Assembly: GCA_039586795.1 (NCBI GenBank)
Contig: JBDHJS010000018.1
Coordinates: forward strand, 1 to 63,649
Direction of reading: 5' to 3'
From: Gemmatimonadota bacterium
GTDB taxonomy: Bacteria; Gemmatimonadota; Gemmatimonadetes; Palauibacterales; KS3-K002
DNA: 63,649 bases
The notes beneath the pieces are model-generated. The model made no database searches and was not told the DNA's origin. It saw only the letters and a program-made list of their open reading frames with translations. Positions within the stretch are counted from its first letter, which is position 1. Each line of letters opens with the position of its first letter. Both the position numbers and the translations under genes were made by a program. Of this stretch, positions 36,881 to 46,387 are shown piece after piece.

Positions 36881-37765
36881 ATGTCAGAAGCGAAGAAGAT
36901 CTCCGCCGCTTTCCCATTTGAATCCCGCTTCGTTGAGGTGAAGGGGTCGAAACTCCACTATGTAGAAGAAGGGTCGGGCGACCCGGTGCTCTTCCTACAT
37001 GGTAACCCGACGTCGTCCTATCTGTGGCGTAACATTATGCCATATGTGAGTCAGAATCGCCGGGCGATCGCCATGGATCTCATCGGGATGGGCAAGTCGG
37101 ACAAGCCTGATATCGACTATCGCTTCTTCGATCACTACGAGTACGTCGATGGCTTCATCGAGGCGCTGGAGCTGAAGAACATCACCCTCGTGATCCACGA
37201 CTGGGGATCGGGTCTCGGGCTGCACTACGCCCGCCAGAACGAGGGTAATGTCAAAGCGCTCGCCATGATGGAGGCGATTCTCGCGCCGGTACCCGGCTGG
37301 GACGAGTTCCCAGCTGACTTCGTCGAAACGTTCCAGGCCTTTCGCGCTCCCGAGATGGGGTGGGAGATGATCGTTAACCAGAACATGTTCGTCGAAGCCG
37401 TGCTGCCCGGCGCCATCGTCCGCGACCTGTCGGACGAAGAGATGAACGTCTACCGCAAACCTTATCTCGAGACGCCGAGTCGCAAGCCGCTGTGGCGCTG
37501 GCCGAACGAACTGCCCATCGCGGGCGAGCCAGCGGACGTCGTCGATGCGATCGTCACCTATAACGGCTGGCTGCAAGAGACCGAGATTCCGAAGCTTCTA
37601 TTCCATGCGACGCCCGGCGCGATCATGCCACCGCCTATGGTCGAGTGGTGTCAGGCAAACCTGAAGAATCTGGAAACGGTCGATCTGGGTGAAGGAATCC
37701 ACTTTCTACAGGAGGACCACCCTCACGAGATCGGAAAAGCGCTGGCGCGTTGGCTCAACGCGTAG
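36881..37765 (+). CDS. dhaA: Haloalkane dehalogenase (HLD-II, DhaA-like)
   Basis: LHGNPTSSYLWRN, DLIGMGKSDKP, HDWG nucleophile, MEA acid, WPNELP, HFLQED; AGGAGG RBS. Confidence 0.93.
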   Translation: MSEAKKISAAFPFESRFVEVKGSKLHYVEEGSGDPVLFLHGNPTSSYLWRNIMPYVSQNRRAIAMDLIGMGKSDKPDIDYRFFDHYEYVDGFIEALELKNITLVIHDWGSGLGLHYARQNEGNVKALAMMEAILAPVPGWDEFPADFVETFQAFRAPEMGWEMIVNQNMFVEAVLPGAIVRDLSDEEMNVYRKPYLETPSRKPLWRWPNELPIAGEPADVVDAIVTYNGWLQETEIPKLLFHATPGAIMPPPMVEWCQANLKNLETVDLGEGIHFLQEDHPHEIGKALARWLNA

Positions 37766-37848
37766 TGACAAGATTGGATGCCGGGCTACGCCGAGCCCGG
37801 CATCCCGACCACCCCAGACTGTTGCCACCCTCCACGATTACAGCGATC

Positions 37849-37875
37849 TGAAACGCCCGGCGTCGCCCGTTCGTA
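37849..37875 (+). promoter_or_regulatory. Candidate ECF (SigW-like) promoter
   Basis: TGAAAC-N17-CGTA upstream of the permease. Confidence 0.45.
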
Positions 37876-37926
37876 GGATTGGGCAAGCCATGCGAGCCCC
37901 GCGACCCGAAAAGCAAAATACAGATC

Positions 37927-40398
37927 ATGGAAACTCTGCTTCAGGACCTGAGGTTCGGCGCCAAGCTCCTATGGAAGGAGAAGGCGCTGAGCTTGACCGT
38001 TTTGCTCACGCTGGCTGTCTGCGTGGGAGCCAACACGGCCATCTTCAGCGTCGTCAATACCGTGATGCTCGATCCGCTCCCTTTCGAGGAGTCAGATCGG
38101 CTCGTCAGAGTCTTCAACAGCTACCCCAACGCCGGGGCCGAACGGGCAGCCGCCAGCGCGCCAGACTACTTCTATCGGCGCGACGCGGTCTCCGCATTCT
38201 CCGATATTGCCGAGTATCAGAACTGGGGCCACACCATCGGTGAGACCGGGAGCCCTGAACGCGTCCTGTCGCAAAGGATAACGGCCTCCTTCTTCTCCAC
38301 GCTGGGTGTCCGCCCGTTGTTGGGCCGCGGCTTCACCGAAGAGGAGATGGAAGTCGGCAGCGAGCAGGTGACGATCTTGAGCTACGGCTTCTGGCAGGAA
38401 CGCTACGCCGGCGATCCCGCTGCCCTAGGTCAGGATCTGCGAATCAACGGGCGACCCTACACCATCGTGGGTGTGATGCCGGAGGATTTCCACTTCCTCG
38501 GCCAACGCGAGACGCGATTCTATGTACCGATCCCGTTCACAGCTGAGGATCGCACCACGGAACGACTGCACAACAACAGCTACAACATGATCGCGCGCCT
38601 TGCTCCTGGAGCGACTATCGAGCAAGCGTTGGAGCAGATTGCTGCTCTGGATCGCGGGCTGATCGAGGAATGGCCCGTCCCCAACGCGGCGCAAATCCTT
38701 GCCGATGCCGGTTACACCGTAGTTATCGTCAATCTACTGGACGACCTGGTGCGCGACATCAGACCCGCGCTCATCATGCTGTGGGTCGGAGTAGCGTTTG
38801 TTTTGCTCATCGGCTGCCTGAACATCGCCAACTTGATGCTGGCCCGCTCCAACGTCCGTCTTCGGGAGATGGCGATACGCATCGCCGTCGGCGCTGACCG
38901 GGCCCGGTTGAGCCGCCAGCTGCTCACCGAGGCGGTACTGGTGGCTGCGCTCGGCGGTCTGTTAGGTCTCGGCGTGGCGGCGGGAGGGCTGAGTCTGCTC
39001 GAAAGCCTGGGCATCGAAGATCTACCGCGCGGCGCGCAGGTGGGCATCGACGGTACCGTCGTACTCTTTACCCTGTCGATAGCGGTTGCCGCCGGTGTCC
39101 TGTTTGGCTTGATCCCCTTGGTCCACATGTTCCGAAGCGATCTGAGCTCCGTCTTCCGATCGGAAAGTCGAACCGGTTCGGCAAGCCGCGGGACGGTGAC
39201 CGTTCGTAGCGCACTTGTGATGGGCCAAGTGGCGATTGCATTCATCTTGCTGATTGGGGCCGGTCTGATGTTCGCCAGCATGCGCGCGGTGCTGAACGAA
39301 GATCCCGGCTTCCAGCCGGAGAACGTGCTAACTGGCTTCGTATCGCTTCCCAATTCCCGTTATGAAGAAGATGACGCGCGCAGACAGTTCCTGGACGAGA
39401 TGCTCTTCGAGGTCCGGGCACTGCCCGGCGTCACCGCCGCTTCGATCGTTACCAACCTCCCGTTCAGCGGCAGCAACAGCTCCAGCGTGATCACCCCCGA
39501 AGGCTACGTACCGACCCCAGGCGAGTCGCTACTGGCGCCGTTCAGTAACGTCGTCGGTCCGGACTACTTCGAGACGATGGGCATCCCTCTACTCAGCGGC
39601 CGCACGTTCGACGAGACGGATACGGAGGAGTCGGGCAACGTCATCATCCTCGACGCATGGCTGGCCAATCGCTACTTCCCGAACGAGAGTCCGCTGGGCA
39701 AGCGAATGTTGTACGGCTCGGTGCCCGGCATGGAGGATGCCGACGACGAAGAGAACTTGTACACCATCATCGGTGTGGTCGCTGAGATCAAACACAACGA
39801 TCTGACTGCGACGGATCAGGTTGGAGCTTACTACTTCACCTACAAGCAACAGACGCCCAACTTCGTCACGCTGACCGCCCGTACCGCGATGGAACCCACC
39901 GCCGCCACCTCCTCGATTCGAAACGTCGTCAGCGGCATTGACCCAGATCTGCCTTTCTACCTGCCGGAGACCATGGAGGAGCGGGTAGCGGATTCCCTGG
40001 TGACGCGTCGGACTCCGATGCTGCTGCTGATGACCTTCGCGGCCGTCGCCCTATTCCTGGCCGCGGTGGGAATCTATGGCGTGTTGGCGTACACCGTGGC
40101 CCAACGTACTCGTGAATTGGGAATACGTATGGCGCTCGGGAGCAGTCCCGAGCAGGTGTATCGCCTGGTTATCCGACAGGGTGTGAAAGTGGTGGGCCTC
40201 GGTGTGGCGATCGGGATCCTGGGCAGCCTCGGCCTGGTCCAACTGATACAAGCGCTGCTCTACGGCGTGCGGCCAACCGACCCCGGCGTCTTGGTCTCGG
40301 TGGCGCTTTTGCTGGCGGCCGTCGGGATCGGCGCCTGTGCGTTACCCGCACGGCGGGCAACCCGTATCGATCCGGTCGTGGCGCTGAGTAGCGATTAG
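37927..40398 (+). CDS. Duplicated MacB/FtsX-type ABC permease (ADOP family)
   Basis: METLLQDLRFG, GANTAIFS, LIGCLNIANLML, RTRELGIRMALG, PARRATRIDP. Confidence 0.93.
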   Translation: METLLQDLRFGAKLLWKEKALSLTVLLTLAVCVGANTAIFSVVNTVMLDPLPFEESDRLVRVFNSYPNAGAERAAASAPDYFYRRDAVSAFSDIAEYQNWGHTIGETGSPERVLSQRITASFFSTLGVRPLLGRGFTEEEMEVGSEQVTILSYGFWQERYAGDPAALGQDLRINGRPYTIVGVMPEDFHFLGQRETRFYVPIPFTAEDRTTERLHNNSYNMIARLAPGATIEQALEQIAALDRGLIEEWPVPNAAQILADAGYTVVIVNLLDDLVRDIRPALIMLWVGVAFVLLIGCLNIANLMLARSNVRLREMAIRIAVGADRARLSRQLLTEAVLVAALGGLLGLGVAAGGLSLLESLGIEDLPRGAQVGIDGTVVLFTLSIAVAAGVLFGLIPLVHMFRSDLSSVFRSESRTGSASRGTVTVRSALVMGQVAIAFILLIGAGLMFASMRAVLNEDPGFQPENVLTGFVSLPNSRYEEDDARRQFLDEMLFEVRALPGVTAASIVTNLPFSGSNSSSVITPEGYVPTPGESLLAPFSNVVGPDYFETMGIPLLSGRTFDETDTEESGNVIILDAWLANRYFPNESPLGKRMLYGSVPGMEDADDEENLYTIIGVVAEIKHNDLTATDQVGAYYFTYKQQTPNFVTLTARTAMEPTAATSSIRNVVSGIDPDLPFYLPETMEERVADSLVTRRTPMLLLMTFAAVALFLAAVGIYGVLAYTVAQRTRELGIRMALGSSPEQVYRLVIRQGVKVVGLGVAIGILGSLGLVQLIQALLYGVRPTDPGVLVSVALLLAAVGIGACALPARRATRIDPVVALSSD

Positions 40399-40422
40399 TA
40401 GGACAGCAAGTGATATATCCGC

Positions 40423-41106
40423 TCAGCCTTCCGTTTCGCCAGTCGGGCCCGGCAATCGGAAGGCTTGAGCGAGCAGGTAGGCAACCACAAAGACGAAGAT
40501 CCCCGAGAAGATCACATCGCTCAGGAAGTGGGCGCCCTGGATGATACGGCCCAAGCCGACCAATCCACCAAACACCATCGACGCTGCGAAGATCGTCCTA
40601 CGCCGACGCCACAAAACAAATCCGAACGCCGCTAGCGCGAAGGGCACCGAGGAGTGCCCGGAAACGAACGAGCAGTTTCGATCACACTGGTCGCTGATCA
40701 CGAAGGCCGGCGTGAACGTTCTGTCCCCACCGAACTCGACGATGTCCCGCGGCCGCGCCCTGCCCCACTGATCCTTGAACACAGTATTCACGACGAGGCC
40801 CGGCCCGATGGCGATCGCCGCGATCAGGAACAGCACCGCCCGCGTCGTGAACAAGCCGACGGTGCGGCGCCGTACGAGATTGTGGATGAGGATCGAGATG
40901 AGTCCTACCGCAAGCACGATAGTCGCCGGAGCTACCGACTTATAAAGAAGCCTCACCCACCAGGAGTTCTGGAGGTAGAAGCCACCAGCTTCACTGTAGA
41001 ACAGAGCGGAGAACCAGAGGTCGATGCCCGGCACGAAGAGGAAGAAGAATGCTAACCCCGTCGAGCTAGCGACGAAAGCAGCCGCCACCCATCTTTTCCG
41101 ATTCAT
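40423..41106 (-). CDS. PAP2-family phosphatase (LpxF/LpxE-like)
   Basis: KDQWGRARP, SFVSGH, GRIIQGAHFLSDV. Confidence 0.9.
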   Translation of the reverse strand: MNRKRWVAAAFVASSTGLAFFFLFVPGIDLWFSALFYSEAGGFYLQNSWWVRLLYKSVAPATIVLAVGLISILIHNLVRRRTVGLFTTRAVLFLIAAIAIGPGLVVNTVFKDQWGRARPRDIVEFGGDRTFTPAFVISDQCDRNCSFVSGHSSVPFALAAFGFVLWRRRRTIFAASMVFGGLVGLGRIIQGAHFLSDVIFSGIFVFVVAYLLAQAFRLPGPTGETEG

Positions 41107-41221
41107 AGACCACCTTCTTTGAGCCTTTGGGCCTTCTTGATAGCCTGCCAGCCCGATTCTAGCAACCACACTCGGTCGTTCCCGTGACGTCCGGCCGGCT
41201 CGGCCATAGTATTCACTGCCT

Positions 41222-43453
41222 ATGACAGGGAAATTAGCACGACGTTTCGCCGCCGTACTCGCGCTGTGGGCAGGGCCCACCGGCGTATCGGTGGGGCAGG
41301 CCCAAGACGCCGACGGCGAGACGCCCAGTCTACGAGCTCAACGCGTTGGACCTGACGTAGCCATTCGGCTGGATGGTAATCTCGAAGAGCCGATCTGGCA
41401 GCGGGCCGATTCCGCGTTCGGCTTTCGACAGCGTGAACCGAGCGAGGGCACAGCAGCCAGCGAGCTCACGAGCGTCAGAGTTCTATACGACGACGAGTAT
41501 TTGTACGTAGGGGTGTGGGCCTACGACTCGGACCCGAGCCGCATCGTTTCCCGCCAGTTGGAGCGCGACGCACCGCTGGGGCTTTCCCGCTTCGGACCGG
41601 CCGGCGCTGATGACGCGATCGAGATCATCCTCGACACCTTTCACGACCAGCGCAACGCCTACTACTTCGCGACCAACCCGAACGGCGTCCAGGTCGACGG
41701 CTACATCACCGACGAGTCGGAGTCACCCGACATCAATTGGGACGCCGTCTGGGACGTTCGCGCGCGAAGAACAACTTTCGGTTGGACGGCGGAGTTCGCG
41801 ATCCCGATGCGGTCTCTGCGGTTCCGCTCGGCGGCCGAACAGACGTGGGGCTTCAACGTGCAGCGGGTGGTCGTGCGAAAGACGGAACAAAACCTGTGGA
41901 CCGCCTGGTCGCGGGACAACGAAGGGCTGCACCGGATCAGCCGGGCCGGTCTTCTGACCGGACTCGACTCGCTGACGAGCCGGGTAAGCGCCTACGTCAA
42001 GCCGTACATACTCGCCGAGGCCGAACAGAACTACATTCTACGCCCCAATGGCAGCATACTTTTCGACCCCAAGGCCGGCGCCGACGCGAAGATTGGCCTC
42101 AAATCGGGACTCAACATCGACCTGACGGTAAACACCGACTTCGCCCAGGTCGAAGCGGACGACGAGCAGATCGATCTCTCCCGTTTCAACCTCTTCTTCC
42201 CCGAGAAGCGCGAGTTCTTCTTGGAGAACGCCGGGATCTTCGAGTTTGGCGCACCACAGTTCTTCGGGCCGCCGCTGATGCTGCTCTTCTTCTCTCGACG
42301 CATCGGCCTGAAGCGCACCGGCTTTGCCGGGGCGCTGCCGGTACCGATGCTAGCCGGTGGACGACTAACCGGTCGCGTCGGCGGCCAGACGGTTGGCTTC
42401 CTCGATGTCGTCACCGGCCGGGACGACGTGCTGAACGCGCCGCTCACCAACTTCGCGGTCGCGCGGGTCAAGCGCGATTGGGGTCGCGCCGGTTATGTCG
42501 GCGGTATCGTCACGCATCGCTACGAGGAGATGGGCGTCAGCAACCTGGCGGCCGGTATCGATTGGGCACGTTGGTTGTCTCAACCGCTGGTGTTCGAGGG
42601 CTTCTTCTCCGGAACGGTGGATTCGCGACCGGTCGGCAACGCTATCGCCTGGCAACTCAAGCTCGACTACACCGGTGACTGGATCGGGTGGCTGGTCGAG
42701 CACACCGAGATCGGTCCCAATTTCCGACCCGAGGTCGGCTTCGTGATGCGCGGCGACATGGCGCGCACCAACGCCGGCATGCGGCTAACCCCGCGGCCGC
42801 GCATACCGGGGCTGCGCAAAATCGACATCTTCAACCAGTTCCAGTACATCGTCAGCCAGAAGACGCGGGAGATCCAAGACCGCCTTTGGGAGATCAGTTT
42901 CATGCCGCAGCTCGATAGCGGCGACCAGGGGCGTGCCGCGTTCCAATACCTGTTCCAGAGGCTCGTCGACCCATTCGAGTTGACGCCGGGCGTGATCGTC
43001 CCCCCTGGCGACTACACGGACCTGTCATTGGATCTCAGTTTGCAGTCGGCTCGAAACCGAGCCGTCGCCGGCGAACTATCGGGCGGGTTCGGCCGCTTTT
43101 GGAGCGGTACCCGGTGGAGCGCGGCAGCGTCCGCCATCTACAACAGCCCTCACGTTGGCATAGAGCTAGCCTACGCCCACAACGATGTCGACGTGCCTGG
43201 CGGCGCCTTCACCACCGACCTGTTCCAGACTCGGATCAAGCTGGCGGTCAACACCCGGCTGTTCGGAGCCGCCTTGCTGCAGTACAACAGCCAGACCGAA
43301 TCCTTCTCCGCCAACCTGCGGATCGATTGGATCCACCGCCCGGGCAGCGACCTGTTCATCGTGTTCAACGAACGGCGTGGGGTCGACGGCAGACTATGGG
43401 AGCCGGGGGCTCGGGCGTTCATCGTGAAGCTGACCTACCTGCATTGGTTCTAG
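41222..43453 (+). CDS. CBM9-like / DUF5916 outer-membrane protein
   Basis: Signal peptide, LDGNLEEPIW, FATNPNG, GWTAEFAIP, NTDFAQVEAD, LFFPEKREFFLE, C-terminal Phe. Confidence 0.88.
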   Translation: MTGKLARRFAAVLALWAGPTGVSVGQAQDADGETPSLRAQRVGPDVAIRLDGNLEEPIWQRADSAFGFRQREPSEGTAASELTSVRVLYDDEYLYVGVWAYDSDPSRIVSRQLERDAPLGLSRFGPAGADDAIEIILDTFHDQRNAYYFATNPNGVQVDGYITDESESPDINWDAVWDVRARRTTFGWTAEFAIPMRSLRFRSAAEQTWGFNVQRVVVRKTEQNLWTAWSRDNEGLHRISRAGLLTGLDSLTSRVSAYVKPYILAEAEQNYILRPNGSILFDPKAGADAKIGLKSGLNIDLTVNTDFAQVEADDEQIDLSRFNLFFPEKREFFLENAGIFEFGAPQFFGPPLMLLFFSRRIGLKRTGFAGALPVPMLAGGRLTGRVGGQTVGFLDVVTGRDDVLNAPLTNFAVARVKRDWGRAGYVGGIVTHRYEEMGVSNLAAGIDWARWLSQPLVFEGFFSGTVDSRPVGNAIAWQLKLDYTGDWIGWLVEHTEIGPNFRPEVGFVMRGDMARTNAGMRLTPRPRIPGLRKIDIFNQFQYIVSQKTREIQDRLWEISFMPQLDSGDQGRAAFQYLFQRLVDPFELTPGVIVPPGDYTDLSLDLSLQSARNRAVAGELSGGFGRFWSGTRWSAAASAIYNSPHVGIELAYAHNDVDVPGGAFTTDLFQTRIKLAVNTRLFGAALLQYNSQTESFSANLRIDWIHRPGSDLFIVFNERRGVDGRLWEPGARAFIVKLTYLHWF

Positions 43454-43471
43454 GATGGCGAGCGTGGAGAG

Positions 43472-43520
43472 AGGGTGAGGGGTAGGGGGTGAAGGGTAGG
43501 AAGTAGGGGGTGAAGGAAGA
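43472..43520 (+). repeat. G-rich degenerate heptamer tandem repeat (7 units)
   Basis: AGGGTGA GGGGTAG GGGGTGA AGGGTAG GAAGTAG GGGGTGA AGGAAGA. Confidence 0.75.
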
Positions 43521-43605
43521 AGACCGGTCGCGATGATTTCCAAAGCGCGGGTGTACTGTATAATAGGATAGAGCGACGACCCATTTGCAGTGTGAGGGAT
43601 AGACC

Positions 43606-44094
43606 ATGCGTTACGCTTTGGCCGGCAAAGAGACCCTTCAGTTGCTTACTGGCGGCGGCGGCGCGGCAGCCGGCGCGGCGGGCCTCGCCATATACTTCAC
43701 GAAGAAGGCCCTGTTCCCGATGGCCGTACCGCTGGCGGTGGGCGGCGGCCTCTTATGGCTGGGTCGCAGTTTGGGCGACTCCTTTGTAGACGTCAGCGAT
43801 CGCGGCCTGCGCGTCAAGATGGGCCTGCTATTCGACCAGACGATCCCGCTCTCCGATATCGCCCGTGTGAAGACGACCCAGTGGAACCTGCTGGGCGGCC
43901 TGGGCGTGCGGACGAACATGAAGGACATGGTCGCTGTCGTGACACGAACGGGTCAGGTCGCCGACATCCAGCTGTGGAAACCCATCCGACTTCCCGTGAT
44001 CCCGAAGGTGTACCATGTGAAGGCCCTGAGGCTGATCGTTAGCCCAGAGAAGCTTGATAGCTTTCTGACGGACTTGAAAGCCAGGCTAGGGTAG
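43606..44094 (+). CDS. Hypothetical membrane protein (two N-terminal TM segments)
   Basis: GAGGGA RBS, GC3-rich codon usage, hydrophobic N-terminus. Confidence 0.7.
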   Translation: MRYALAGKETLQLLTGGGGAAAGAAGLAIYFTKKALFPMAVPLAVGGGLLWLGRSLGDSFVDVSDRGLRVKMGLLFDQTIPLSDIARVKTTQWNLLGGLGVRTNMKDMVAVVTRTGQVADIQLWKPIRLPVIPKVYHVKALRLIVSPEKLDSFLTDLKARLG

Positions 44095-44218
44095 AGATTC
44101 TGGGATGCGGGGCTTACGAGAGTCTGGGATTGAAACGCCCAACGGTTGAGCGGTTCCAAAATCCAGAATGAGCGAATTGTTGAATCAGCTTCGACAATTC
44201 AGCTCGACATTCCCCAAC

Positions 44219-45214
44219 TCAGCTTCCCGAAATCCCACCCTCCCGAACCCGGCTAAGCGCCTCCAGCCTCCCCTCGACTCGGGACAGCGCGCCCTCCGCC
44301 TCTTCGAGATTCCCAATAGAGTACCGCGCCTGCTTGATCGCCGTTTCCAACACCGACCGCATCGACTCCACGTCTCCTTGAAGATGCGTCAGAGAGGCCA
44401 GCATCTCCCGCGCGTGTTGCTGTAGCTGAAAGCCCCGTAGCCCCATCCGCACCACCGCGAGGTAGGCGTGCAGGGTGTTCGGCGATACCGGCACGACTTG
44501 TCTTCGCTGTGCATACTCCGCCAGCGACGCGCCGTTGCCCTCGAGTCCGCCGACAGCGATCTCGTGAAACACCGATTCCGACGGGATGTACATGAAGGCG
44601 ACGTCCAGCGCCCCGTCTTCTGGCACGAGGTACTTCCCGGCGATGTCATCAACGTGACGCATCACATCCCGGGCGAACGCACGGCGACAAGCATCGGCTT
44701 CGCCGTCACCTGTGCTTCGGAGCTCCACCCAACGGCGGAAGTTATCCAGCGGAAACTTCGAGTCGATGGGAAGCACTCGCCCCTCACCCAACAACAAGGC
44801 CGCATCAACCCTAACGCCGCTGCTCGGATAGCAGTACTGGGTCTTGTAGTGCTGGCGTGGTAGTGCGTCCGCAAGCAACTCCTCCAACAATCGTTCGCCG
44901 AAGGCTCCACGAAGCTGCGGCGGCTGGAGTAAACGCTGCAGCTCGCCAATTCCCACTCCGAGCTGTTCAACGTTCTCCGTCGCCTTCGCCAGGTGCCCTA
45001 TCCGCAAACTCAACTCCCGCGACTGTTCCAGATGCTCTCGCAGCCGGTCGTCCACTCCGGACCGCACCGCCTCCACCTCCCGCTGCAAGAGCTGGAGCGA
45101 CGCCGGCGCGGGCCCCGCTCCACTTTCCAGAGCCCTTCCCAGCCGGCCTATCCGCCAGGCTAGCCAGAGGATGACCAGCATCAAAGCTGATATAAACGCC
45201 GTCTCGATCGTCAT
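44219..45214 (-). CDS. rmuC: DNA recombination protein RmuC
   Basis: RGAFGE, VDA, IDSKFPL, IAGKYL, FMYIPSE, VSPNT; N-terminal TM and coiled coil. Confidence 0.9.
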   Translation of the reverse strand: MTIETAFISALMLVILWLAWRIGRLGRALESGAGPAPASLQLLQREVEAVRSGVDDRLREHLEQSRELSLRIGHLAKATENVEQLGVGIGELQRLLQPPQLRGAFGERLLEELLADALPRQHYKTQYCYPSSGVRVDAALLLGEGRVLPIDSKFPLDNFRRWVELRSTGDGEADACRRAFARDVMRHVDDIAGKYLVPEDGALDVAFMYIPSESVFHEIAVGGLEGNGASLAEYAQRRQVVPVSPNTLHAYLAVVRMGLRGFQLQQHAREMLASLTHLQGDVESMRSVLETAIKQARYSIGNLEEAEGALSRVEGRLEALSRVREGGISGS

Positions 45215-45426
45215 CTTCCCCTCCCCGCTCCCCCGGGACGCGCGGCATACGCCTATGGGAGAGAGCCTCATAAGTACTTATATTTGTGAAGGATAGGGGG
45301 CTGGAGATCCTTCAGTACATTAGGCCTGATAGGCGACGTCGGCAAGCACTCGCAATCAAATCGCTGCGAGGGTAGATTACTGACGGATTAGAGCAGCGGC
45401 TGGACGATTCATCCGGGAGTAGTCGA

Positions 45427-46245
45427 ATGGGCAGCGAAGAGCAGTACACGTTCAAGGCGTTCAGCGAGCACGCCTTCTATAAGCGGGTCAATGAGGCGCT
45501 GGTGAACCGGGCTCATCTGGAGCGCGGCATGACGGTCGTCGACGTGGCCTGCGGCAGCGGAGCCATCACGCAGCTTATCCTCGAGAAGATCCGCGGGGCG
45601 AGAGAGGCGATGGTAATCGGCGTCGACATGTCGGCGACGGCGATCCGCGAAGCCAGCGAAAAGGTCGCCGGAGTCACGGACGCGGTGGTCGAGTTCGTAC
45701 AGGCACGCGCCGAGGAGATGTCGGTGAAGGTCCGGCGCGCCGTCGACGCGGTGATCTTCTGCAACGGCATCCATTACATCGAAGACAAAGGCGAACTATT
45801 GGCCGAGGTGAAGAAGACGCTCCGCCCTGGCGGCGTGTTCGCCTTCAATACCGGCTTCTTCGATGGCGCTCTACCCGATGAGACGATTGCATACTACAAG
45901 CGTTGGATGCTGAAGTCGCTGCGAAAGCTGAAGAAAGAGCATAATCTCAAGGTGGAGCACTCGAAAGTCGAGTCCCGCGTTACCTTGACGGCTGACGAGT
46001 ACGTCAAGTTGCTCAAAGAAGAAGGATTCAAGATCGAGTCGGCAGAGATCTACCCCGGCGAATTGACCGAGCAGGGTTGGATCGACTTGAGCCGCTTCTC
46101 TGATTTTGTAGCCGGAGCGCTCCCCGGCGTGCCAATACCGATCGCCAGCGACGTGTTGGTCGAGTCGTTGAAGGAGACGTTCGAGGAGTTCGAACTTAAG
46201 GTCTGGCCGCGCAACTGGCTGACGGTCGTAGCGGCACGACCCTAA
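45427..46245 (+). CDS. Class I SAM-dependent methyltransferase
   Basis: VVDVACGSG, GVDMS, LRPGG. Confidence 0.88.
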   Translation: MGSEEQYTFKAFSEHAFYKRVNEALVNRAHLERGMTVVDVACGSGAITQLILEKIRGAREAMVIGVDMSATAIREASEKVAGVTDAVVEFVQARAEEMSVKVRRAVDAVIFCNGIHYIEDKGELLAEVKKTLRPGGVFAFNTGFFDGALPDETIAYYKRWMLKSLRKLKKEHNLKVEHSKVESRVTLTADEYVKLLKEEGFKIESAEIYPGELTEQGWIDLSRFSDFVAGALPGVPIPIASDVLVESLKETFEEFELKVWPRNWLTVVAARP

Positions 46246-46267
46246 CACCCAAAAGTCGGGCTGGTCG

Positions 46268-46309
46268 AGGAACCGTCACGCGGATCACCGCCTGGCGGTT
46301 CCTTTCTTT
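46268..46309 (+). terminator. Intrinsic terminator
   Basis: AGGAACCGTCACGCGG-ATCA-CCGCCTGGCGGTTCCT followed by TTCTTT. Confidence 0.75.
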
Positions 46310-46387
46310 ATGTCGACACCAGGTTGCCAGTGAGGATCTCTGGCGACACCTTCATGCGGTAACGCACCAAAGCGCTAAAGAACCGCC

